Assembly: GCA_020719165.1 (NCBI GenBank)
Contig: DYQT01000002.1
Location: 1-49,698, forward strand
Direction: 5' to 3'
Length of the DNA: 49,698 nt
From: Draconibacterium orientale
GTDB lineage: Bacteria; Bacteroidota; Bacteroidia; Bacteroidales; FEN-979
Below the pieces are notes generated by a model, which saw only the letters and a list, made by a program, of their open reading frames with translations, was not told the origin of the DNA and ran no database searches. Both the position numbers and the translations under genes were made by a program. Positions 43,146 to 49,648 of the stretch are shown one piece after another (within the stretch, counting starts at the first letter, position 1; each line of letters starts with the position of its first letter).

Positions 43146-43534
43146 TTTGTTCCACCCCCGGAATCGAACCAGGGAGAAACCATTATGAACTAATCTATAC
43201 TTCAATTAACCTTACGCAACATTACTTCACATGACTTAACCTCACATTACTTGACACCACCTCACCTTACTCCATGGAATAAAACCCATCCTTTATTTTT
43301 GTTCCACCCCTGGAATCGAACCAGGGATAAACCATTGTGAACTGGACCATACAAAACCTCACATTACAAGACCCAACGCAACAGGACAATACTTCACATT
43401 ACACTAAAGAACTTACTTTTTGTTCCACCCCCGGAATCGAACCAGGGGAAAACCATTGTGGGCTTCACAGTACAATACTAGACTACACTGAACTTTTCTA
43501 CACTTTACTTCACAATACTTAGAACGCTATATAA
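43146..43534 (-). repeat. Three-unit tandem array; each unit is a C-poor variable region followed by a 45-bp tRNA-3'-half-like module
   Basis: 45-bp repeats at 43146-43190, 43298-43342 and 43419-43463, with 40-42 of 45 identical pairwise. The minus-strand reading contains CCTGG-TTCGATT-CC(A/G)GG-GGTGGAA-C. Unit lengths are 152, 121 and 116 bp. Confidence 0.85.
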
Positions 43535-44110
43535 TTAATTATTAATTTCATTGATTTCATCCAACCTGAACCTGCCGAATGGGCCGTTATTGGTTGGCCG
43601 GTATGAACCGATTCCAACATTATTACCGGCAAAACCCAAAATCTGCTTTACCATATTCATGGAGATGGTGTCATTATCAACCATTAATGTAAATGATGCA
43701 TCCCAGGTTGACCATTTAGGGCGCACGGTGATCACCCTGGCTTTCACGTTCCTGTTTACCGCGGAACGCTTATCTATTTCGTCATAATCGGGCATTACCA
43801 CCTGGTACGGATCAACCTGGAACATTGCAGCGACAGTTGATTTCATCGATTTTGTTTGTGAACCGACTTTCCCCTTAACAAAGGTGCCTGCTGCTATAAA
43901 TGCTCCACGCAGGTGATCAGCCGGGATAAAACATTTACCGGAGGAGTTTCTGTAACAATGATACTCTGCCCTCACTGCATCCTCTTTCGAAACATCAGGA
44001 TTTGTGATAACAAGGTTGTGTTGTTTTTCCCAAATATCGAGCTTGGTATCATCCATCCGGTGCTGCATGTATGGAGAAATTCCGGTAATCTTTACTTTAA
44101 ATGCTTTCAT
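43535..44110 (-). CDS. Hypothetical protein with RAMP-like sequence motifs (unverified)
   Basis: 191 aa with KVKITGISPYMQH, FIPADHLRGAFIAAG and a C-terminal Gly-rich loop (GIGSYRPTNNGPFGRF). The resemblance to Cas5/6/7-type RAMPs is at motif level only. Confidence 0.65.
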   Translation of the reverse strand: MKAFKVKITGISPYMQHRMDDTKLDIWEKQHNLVITNPDVSKEDAVRAEYHCYRNSSGKCFIPADHLRGAFIAAGTFVKGKVGSQTKSMKSTVAAMFQVDPYQVVMPDYDEIDKRSAVNRNVKARVITVRPKWSTWDASFTLMVDNDTISMNMVKQILGFAGNNVGIGSYRPTNNGPFGRFRLDEINEINN

Positions 44111-44161
44111 CTCTTTTTTTGTTTTAATTGTGAATAATTGATTGTTAATTAATAGGTAATC

Positions 44162-44665
44162 TCAATAAATCTCATCTTTCAATCGGTAATATTTTGCATC
44201 TGATATCTCATATCCATCGAATGGAAGGAATTCAGCAGCCGGTCGGCCTCTGGACGCTTCAACGGTTTCGCTTGCTGCCTGGACAGCCTTTTGTTTTGCT
44301 TTTCGAACGTCGTAAAATTTCAACTTTGTGAAGGTGAGAACAGAAACCATTCGTTTTTCAAAGTCGATTTTTTCTTTGGCGTAAAGCTTTTTAAACAGGG
44401 CGATAAATTCGTAAGCGCTGTAGCCTGAATCGAGCCTTGCATCCTGTTCGCTGATGTTATATAATAGGAGGTGTTTGACTTCAACGAGTGTAGCATACGC
44501 AATATGACCCCGGTTTAACAGGATGCAGTAATCTTCGCCTTCATGCCACCGGTTTACATCCTTTGGGCGGATGCTGATAAAACTGCTACCAGTGAGTTTG
44601 TTGTTCCAATTCCTTGAGAAATTTATTTCGTTTCGCATAGTACCAGAGTTTCTTTTAATAAACAT
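44162..44665 (-). CDS. Hypothetical protein (ASCH-like beta-barrel suspected)
   Basis: 167-aa ORF. The start is possibly Met at 44638, which would reduce the overlap with 44623..44841. Confidence 0.55.
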   Translation of the reverse strand: MFIKRNSGTMRNEINFSRNWNNKLTGSSFISIRPKDVNRWHEGEDYCILLNRGHIAYATLVEVKHLLLYNISEQDARLDSGYSAYEFIALFKKLYAKEKIDFEKRMVSVLTFTKLKFYDVRKAKQKAVQAASETVEASRGRPAAEFLPFDGYEISDAKYYRLKDEIY

Positions 44666-44841
44666 TCTTTTCTTTCCCTTGTAATGTACATTCTGAACCC
44701 GTTTTTCATCATTACCTTATTCATCATTTTAGCCAGCGTGGTGATATCCTTAATGGTGAGATGGTAGAAAGACACATCTTCTTCCAATGAAGCCTGTATC
44801 AAGGCATATTGGATCACCTCAGTTTGGTTTTCGGGTATCAA
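44623..44841 (-). CDS. Hypothetical protein
   Basis: 72-aa ORF. Confidence 0.5.
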   Translation of the reverse strand: MIPENQTEVIQYALIQASLEEDVSFYHLTIKDITTLAKMMNKVMMKNGFRMYITRERKECLLKETLVLCETK

Positions 44842-44846
44842 TGGTA

Positions 44847-45260
44847 TTACGGTTTGGTTGGAATGGGCTTTGATGGTGATATCTGTACCCTGTCATCAGG
44901 TTTTTGGAAATCGTGCAACGTGACAATTTTGTTGCGAAAAAGGTAGATCAGGTATTGCGCTCTGGCTTCTACTTCGCTCACGTAGGTTTGCCAGTTATCG
45001 TGCCCCAGTTGAACCTGAAAATAGGTAGATAAGAGTTTGATCAGCTTCATTTCATTGAAGAGTCCGAAGGGCATTATGTGACCAATTTCGGTTAAGTTGT
45101 AGGCCGGGTACCCTTTTTTGAAAGGCTCCAGTTTGTTTTTCAGGATGTAGGTTTTATTTCCCGGGATGAATTGCCAGTACATACTGGCTTTCCAATTAAT
45201 ACCCAGTTGGGAGATTGTTTTTGACGTTTGCGGGCTGGTGTAGTTGAGTTCTTTTTTCAT
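44847..45260 (-). CDS. Hypothetical protein
   Basis: 137-aa ORF. Confidence 0.6.
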   Translation of the reverse strand: MKKELNYTSPQTSKTISQLGINWKASMYWQFIPGNKTYILKNKLEPFKKGYPAYNLTEIGHIMPFGLFNEMKLIKLLSTYFQVQLGHDNWQTYVSEVEARAQYLIYLFRNKIVTLHDFQKPDDRVQISPSKPIPTKP

Positions 45261-45265
45261 GGCAG

Positions 45266-45493
45266 TTACCCGTTTATGTGTTGGTCAATACATCCTCTCA
45301 CTAAAGAGGCTTGGTGAATCAACTCATCCAGTGTTGCAATTTTTGCACGGATGTGCAATGTTTCGTCATCTTCATCTGCAACAGACAAAAATTGTTTCAA
45401 CTTTATATCAAGCCTACTTCTCAGCATATTGTATGCTGAAATTGTGATATCAAGATGCGGGTAACTCATTAATGAAAATGTTGTATTGCTCAT
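45266..45493 (-). CDS. Hypothetical protein
   Basis: 75-aa ORF. Confidence 0.55.
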   Translation of the reverse strand: MSNTTFSLMSYPHLDITISAYNMLRSRLDIKLKQFLSVADEDDETLHIRAKIATLDELIHQASLVRGCIDQHING

Positions 45494-45660
45494 ATCCTTT
45501 TTTTTTACCTGGCGAGGTCGGTTATAATTTCTTCTTGTTGTTCTTGTTCGAGTAAATCTTTATGACTTTGTTTTGATTTTTGAACAAGCTCCCTGCTTTT
45601 TATGTGCAGGGAGCCTGACATTTTTAGCTGAAAAACGTTAAGCTCAAATTCTTTCCCGTT

Positions 45661-45828
45661 TTAAGCCATGATTGAGTTGGTGGGTGAACGGATCATGGTT
45701 TTGTTTGCCGGCAGGCTTTCAACCGAATCCGTGGAGTTTTTTTCCGTTCCGGTTACCTGAGCGCCGAAATCAAACAGGTCGAGTTGGGTTGGATCCGGAG
45801 TTTTCGGTCCGTGTTCAATGATGTTCAT
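45661..45828 (-). CDS. 55-aa protein carrying a consensus beta-clamp-binding pentapeptide (QLDLF)
   Basis: Internal Met of track ORF 45661..45981. ATG 45826-45828 lies 1 nt after the LuxR-type gene stop (45830-45832). Sequence: MNIIEHGPKTPDPTQLDLFDFGAQ... Confidence 0.45.
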   Translation of the reverse strand: MNIIEHGPKTPDPTQLDLFDFGAQVTGTEKNSTDSVESLPANKTMIRSPTNSIMA

Positions 45829-45829
45829 G

Positions 45830-46390
45830 TTAAAGCAAATTATTTTGGTAGGCGTAAGCAGTGATCCCGGCTTTGGAATGGCAGCCAATTTTCTTTTTAA
45901 TGTTAGTGCTGTGTACTGCCATGGTATTAAGAGCAATCCCAAGCATGTCGGAGATCTGTTTATCGAGCAGATCACGGGCAATTAACTTTATGATTTTAAT
46001 TTCAGTTGGAGTAATCTTTCCATTTTTAACCAGTAACGGCTGGCAAATGATTCCTTCAAACTTGCATATGCCACGTTTCTCACAGTTAACATGCTCATGA
46101 ATGATAACACCATCGGCAGTGAGATCAGCCTTGTTATCGAAGTTTCCGAAATTGCAGATTGCCCATTGCTTGAGTTGATAAATGGGATTTGTAATTCCAA
46201 GTTGATTTTCAATGGCATTGAGAGCCCTTGGATGGGCATCAAGATCATCACGCAGTATATTCAGTTGGAGAACATCCAGTTCTTCAAATGAATGTTTGCC
46301 TTGGTTATTCATGAAAAAAACATTGTCATTTTCTTCATAGAATTCATAATTCCCTTCAAGGGTACCTGCTGGGGCGTGGGATGTTTGCAT
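45830..46390 (-). CDS. LuxR/GerE-type HTH transcription regulator
   Basis: C-terminal ITPTEIKIIKLIARDLLDKQISDMLGIALNTMAVHSTNIKKKIG fits the GerE HTH. The N-terminal domain has a Cys cluster (CEKRGICKFEGIIC). Confidence 0.65.
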   Translation of the reverse strand: MQTSHAPAGTLEGNYEFYEENDNVFFMNNQGKHSFEELDVLQLNILRDDLDAHPRALNAIENQLGITNPIYQLKQWAICNFGNFDNKADLTADGVIIHEHVNCEKRGICKFEGIICQPLLVKNGKITPTEIKIIKLIARDLLDKQISDMLGIALNTMAVHSTNIKKKIGCHSKAGITAYAYQNNLL

Positions 46391-46392
46391 GG

Positions 46393-46941
46393 CTACAGAA
46401 GTTTAGCTGTTCCGGTAAAAAGGTCGGCCACTTCGCGAAGCTCACGCTGATCGAGTTGTTTAAAAGCAATGCCGAGACGGGCCTCTGCTGCTTTCAGTTC
46501 TTGCCATTCTGTAAATGCGGTATTTTCATTGAGGGAAGTAACCAGTTCACTTATGCGGGCTTTGGTTTTCACTTTTGCTGTGAGAAGTTCATGACGGTGG
46601 GTGATGGTACCATTGAAATGGTCGAATAGAATATTGTAACACTCACGCTTATAATCAACCAATTCTTTGGCATTGCTTTGGATTGAAAATATCCAACCGT
46701 AGATATATCTTTCCGGCATACATACCATATTTCTTCCCTGATCTCCGGGTATCTGTATTGTGTATTTACACAACACAGATGAAAGAATAGGATCATCATT
46801 CAGGTTCTTATATTGCTGAATGTAATCCACACCAATTGCCTCACATATAGGCTTTACAGCGATGTAATACACGCCATCTTTCGCGAGAAAAAGCAAAGTT
46901 TTACCGTTAAACGACAAAAATTTTACAATTGATTGTTTCAT
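46393..46941 (-). CDS. P22-antirepressor N-terminal-domain protein
   Basis: FNGKTLLFLAKDGVYYIAVKPICEAIGVDYIQQYKNLNDDPIL...RNMVCMPERYIYGWIFSIQ...YKRECYNILFDHF fits the phage antirepressor N-domain pattern. Confidence 0.65.
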   Translation of the reverse strand: MKQSIVKFLSFNGKTLLFLAKDGVYYIAVKPICEAIGVDYIQQYKNLNDDPILSSVLCKYTIQIPGDQGRNMVCMPERYIYGWIFSIQSNAKELVDYKRECYNILFDHFNGTITHRHELLTAKVKTKARISELVTSLNENTAFTEWQELKAAEARLGIAFKQLDQRELREVADLFTGTAKLL

Positions 46942-46980
46942 AATGTGTTGTGATTTTTTGTTACAATGCAGGGTATTTGT

Positions 46981-47217
46981 TTATTCTGTGGATAATTCAA
47001 GAATCTCATTTTTAAATGAATCTATTTTTAATTTTTCTTCCTTTGAGAGTTCAATTGCAGCAAGGATTATTTCATCACGATGACGTTGACCGTACAAAAC
47101 AGAGCGTATATAACTTTTAGAAAACTCATAATTCAAATAACCCTGTATTTTTTCAGCCCACTTATCAGGAAGTGCTTGTATCAATAATTTCAAAGATTGC
47201 TTATCTAATTTTTGCAT
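46981..47217 (-). CDS. First gene of the leftward early operon (Cro-like position)
   Basis: 78-aa ORF, divergent from the repressor-like gene. Confidence 0.55.
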   Translation of the reverse strand: MQKLDKQSLKLLIQALPDKWAEKIQGYLNYEFSKSYIRSVLYGQRHRDEIILAAIELSKEEKLKIDSFKNEILELSTE

Positions 47218-47369
47218 AATTGATTTATACTATTTCTTATAAAGTGTTTATGTGTTATATTTGTATTAAATGTGTGGCAAATATAAGATAGAAATATCAT
47301 TTGTCAACTGTTTTTATCATATATGTATGATATTTATATCTGGTCTAATTATAATAGGGGATTAATAAT
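47218..47369. promoter_or_regulatory. AT-rich switch region with opposed TATATTTG promoters and ATGATA/TATCAT half-site repeats
   Basis: The minus-strand promoter is TTGACA (47302-47307)-N16-TATATTTG (47278-47285). A plus-strand TATATTTG lies at 47256-47263. The inverted repeat is ATCATA-TATG-TATGAT, with further TATCAT/ATGATA copies. Confidence 0.55.
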
Positions 47370-47777
47370 ATGGACTATAAGAAGTTAAAAGAAAAGATAA
47401 TTTCATCACATGGAGAGATACAAATCTTCTTTGAACAGGAAGGCAAAACTGTTAAATTTTCTGAGGGGGGATTTTATCAGGCGGTAAGGAATGATTCTTT
47501 AAAAATTTGCAAACTAGAGAACATATCGAAAGCGCTTGGTTTGCCTATGTCCTATTGGTGGGAGGACAATGAATCTTTAAAGATTAATGATTATAAACAG
47601 GACTATGGGATTAAATTGATTAAGTCACTGGAGAAAAATATTGAAATCTATGAGAAAGAAATAGATTATTACAAAAAGGAATTACAACAACTAAAGGCTA
47701 TAAACCATAAAATCACATTAGAAAACGATGATTTGAAAGTGAAGTTAGGTTTCAGTAAAGCATCTGGCTCCGAATAG
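47370..47777 (+). CDS. Repressor-like protein (HTH-like N-terminus plus coiled coil)
   Basis: 135 aa on the plus strand, divergent from the early operon, with ...CKLENISKALGLPMSYWW then a heptad-rich C-terminus. Confidence 0.5.
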   Translation: MDYKKLKEKIISSHGEIQIFFEQEGKTVKFSEGGFYQAVRNDSLKICKLENISKALGLPMSYWWEDNESLKINDYKQDYGIKLIKSLEKNIEIYEKEIDYYKKELQQLKAINHKITLENDDLKVKLGFSKASGSE

Positions 47778-47863
47778 TAAAGTGACCCCCTCACCCCCAT
47801 ATCATAGGCTTAACTATTAAACTGAAAACAACTGAAAAGGTTGCAGGATTAAACAATAAATTA

Positions 47864-48268
47864 ATGACCGAGGATCAGATAAGAATTGGCGATGAATTAC
47901 TGACATATCTCAATGAGAATGGAGGATTCACAACAATGGATGGTTATCCAGTTCAGTTGGAAGAAAGGAATCATTCAGAGCAGGATTACAATGTGATAAA
48001 AAGGGAATTGATAAGGAATGGATTAATTGAGGAAACAAATGAGCAAACGCGTTTATGGATAACAACTGAAGGAAGAGCAGCGGCCAGTATGGGATACTCC
48101 GTTTATCAGGTTTATCTTCACAATAAAAGAAATGACAAGGATTACCTGGAACATAGTTCATCAGTTTTAGCCAGGTGGCAACGCAGGTTATTCTGGCCAA
48201 TGGCTGTTTGGTCTGTCTTATCAATACTGGGAGGACTGCTCTATATCATTTGGCAAGTATTAAAATGA
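47864..48268 (+). CDS. Hypothetical protein with a C-terminal TM helix (immunity/exclusion candidate)
   Basis: 134 aa, co-transcribed with the repressor-like gene, with TM helix LFWPMAVWSVLSILGGLLYIIW. Confidence 0.55.
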   Translation: MTEDQIRIGDELLTYLNENGGFTTMDGYPVQLEERNHSEQDYNVIKRELIRNGLIEETNEQTRLWITTEGRAAASMGYSVYQVYLHNKRNDKDYLEHSSSVLARWQRRLFWPMAVWSVLSILGGLLYIIWQVLK

Positions 48269-48395
48269 ACAGTATAATTTGAGTTAGTGCAGTCAATAGA
48301 CAAAATGCCATCATGGGCCAGAATGCAATAATCTCGATATTTTTCCAAAGCAATCCATTTTTCCTGAGTGCGAGCAATTTATTCAGCAGTTTCAT
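48246..48395 (-). CDS. 49-aa hydrophobic peptide (below the ORF-track cutoff)
   Basis: My translation is MKLLNKLLALRKNGLLWKNIEIIAFWPMMAFCLLTALTQIILFILILAK. ATG 48393-48395 lies exactly 15 nt after promoter element P7, the same geometry as P2 and P8. Confidence 0.45.
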   Translation of the reverse strand: MKLLNKLLALRKNGLLWKNIEIIAFWPMMAFCLLTALTQIILFILILAK

Positions 48396-48410
48396 AAAAA
48401 TATGTTTAGG

Positions 48411-48446
48411 CAAATGAACGCTAAAAACAAGCTATATTAAAGGACA
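48411..48446 (-). promoter_or_regulatory. Phage promoter-class element P7 (TGTCCTTTAA-N18-TTCATTTG)
   Basis: 10-mer at 48437-48446, 18-nt spacer and box at 48411-48418, preceded on the minus strand by T-rich tracts. Confidence 0.55.
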
Positions 48447-48581
48447 TCATTATCAAAACTGAAAAAAAAACTGAAAAAAAACAGCCGAAAAAGCTAAGAA
48501 GTTCTTTGAAAAATGGGTTGTAACGTATTGATTGATAGTAGTGGGTTTTGGGCTTGAAGGTCCTGTCCCCGCTACTACGAA

Positions 48582-48610
48582 AGTCAGCAAGTTAGCTGAC
48601 TTTTTTTTTT
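48582..48610 (+). terminator. Intrinsic terminator on the plus strand
   Basis: AGTCAGC/GCTGACT stem followed by T10 (48601-48610), preceded by a second hairpin, TAGTAGTGGG/CCCGCTACTA (48536-48577). Confidence 0.7.
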
Positions 48611-48624
48611 GACCTTAATTCGTT

Positions 48625-48650
48625 GGAGTAAGGAAATGGAGTAAGGAAAT
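48625..48650. repeat. Perfect tandem duplication of the 13-mer GGAGTAAGGAAAT at the homology breakpoint
   Basis: Copies at 48625-48637 and 48638-48650, ending 1 nt before the stop of the tape-measure stump. Confidence 0.85.
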
Positions 48651-48651
48651 T

Positions 48652-48765
48652 TCATGGATTATACCCTATCATGACCTTTTCCATCTCCATCAATGATCGT
48701 TTTGCCTGGTCATTGTTGATGAAAATGGAGAAGCGGTAATCGGAAACGTTTGTTTTGGATGCCAT
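48652..48765 (-). pseudogene. 5' stump (37 codons) of a second tape-measure gene
   Basis: MASKTNVSDYRFSIFINNDQAKRSLMEMEKVMIGYNP* against MAGKTNISDYRFSIFINNDQAKRSLIEMEKVMTGY... of 6384..10028, with 31 of the first 35 residues identical. Confidence 0.8.
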
Positions 48766-48767
48766 AA

Positions 48768-49289
48768 TTATCGTATGTAAATCCTTGTTGAATTGACAAT
48801 TGCAGTTTCTGTGTAATCTTTGATGATTTGTTCAAGTTCGGGAATGAAGGACTCAACCACGGGATTGAACCATGGCTTTGGCCAGCGGTTGATGCCAGGG
48901 GTTTTTGAGGTTTTGAAAACCACCCCGCCACGCATCACATATCCGCGGCCAACTCCCTTGTGAACGAAAATCCCTTCCCGGGCAAAGGAAAAGCCAAGCC
49001 GGTATATTTCGCCAAAGTCGTAGTAATAGGTGTTACGGATATTTCTCTTCAGGTTTTTCCCGCCGATGCCATGGGCTGAAATCGAGACAGGCAGGGCGCT
49101 GCGGACTTTTTCACCCCAGGTTTTCAGCCTGTCGTTAAAAGCTTCCATTTCTTCCGTAGTAAGGGAGCGGGAAAATCTTTGTGTTTTGCCAGGCTCTGTG
49201 ATGGTGATGTCAAAGGGTCCTTCCCAGGAACCCTTGAATGCATCGTTTCTAACTGTCCTGCTTTGAAAAATTCTTTCCATTACACTCAT
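48768..49289 (-). CDS. Paralogue of 10031..10549 (gp10-like neck/tail protein)
   Basis: The ORF track gives 48768..49397. I prefer Met at 49289 (MSVMERIF...). There is long near-identity to the first copy (HGIGG..L.R.IRNTYYY.FGEIYRLGFSFAREGIF.HKGVGRGYVM...PKPWFNPVV......STRIYIR). Confidence 0.7.
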   Translation of the reverse strand: MSVMERIFQSRTVRNDAFKGSWEGPFDITITEPGKTQRFSRSLTTEEMEAFNDRLKTWGEKVRSALPVSISAHGIGGKNLKRNIRNTYYYDFGEIYRLGFSFAREGIFVHKGVGRGYVMRGGVVFKTSKTPGINRWPKPWFNPVVESFIPELEQIIKDYTETAIVNSTRIYIR

Positions 49290-49304
49290 CGGAGATAATT
49301 TCCG

Positions 49305-49340
49305 CAATATTAACAGGCGATGGAACCGGATTAAAGGACA
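49305..49340 (-). promoter_or_regulatory. Phage promoter-class element P8 (TGTCCTTTAA-N18-TAATATTG)
   Basis: 10-mer at 49331-49340, 18-nt spacer, box at 49305-49312, and 15 nt to ATG 49289. It is preceded by a terminator-like hairpin plus T7, as at P2. Confidence 0.6.
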
Positions 49341-49411
49341 TAAAAAAACCCGCCGGTCAGGGCAGGTTAATTTTATTAAAAACCGGCATAAGGTCAATTA
49401 ATTCCTTAAGA

Positions 49412-49648
49412 TTATCCGTTTTTCAGAAATTCAACAAACTCCTCCCGATTTGAACCAATGGTGGTCAGATTGCGTTTGACAATAAATTCAGGAACCGGAT
49501 CGATATGGGTTTGAATTACTACAGGCCTTAACAGATCGCTCCTAGACCATACTTCGTGGCCTGCAGAGGTGCGGATATGTTTGAGTCCTTTGTATTCCAG
49601 GAATTCCCGAAAAGTGCGAGGAGGAATATTTTTTAGGGATACTGCCAT
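49412..49648 (-). CDS. HicA-like toxin-fold protein (tentative)
   Basis: 78 aa. FREFLEYKGLKHIRTSAGHEVWSRSD..RPVVIQTHIDPVPEFIVKRNL resembles the HicA/YcfA pattern (..G....GSH..w......v.v..H). No HicB partner lies inside the window. Confidence 0.4.
   Translation of the reverse strand: MAVSLKNIPPRTFREFLEYKGLKHIRTSAGHEVWSRSDLLRPVVIQTHIDPVPEFIVKRNLTTIGSNREEFVEFLKNG

Noticed and set aside
43337-43522. 61-aa plus-strand ORF inside the repeat array
   Set aside because: It simply translates repeat and spacer DNA (..TPGIEPGENH.. comes from the T-arm). It has no start context and lies antisense to all neighbouring genes.
43146-43534. Canonical CRISPR array
   Set aside because: There are only three repeats. 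The intervening sequences are 71-107 nt of irregular length and are related to one another (shared TGTGAAGTA and TAATGTGAGGTT islands), not unique spacers. No cas operon is present. I report it as a tRNA-like repeat array instead.
43146-43534. Three complete (or intron-containing) tRNA genes
   Set aside because: Each unit has a convincing T-arm, acceptor 3' strand and anticodon-loop-like heptamer. However, no complementary 5' acceptor strand (TTCCACC), D-arm or anticodon-stem partner lies within the preceding 60-110 nt on the same strand.
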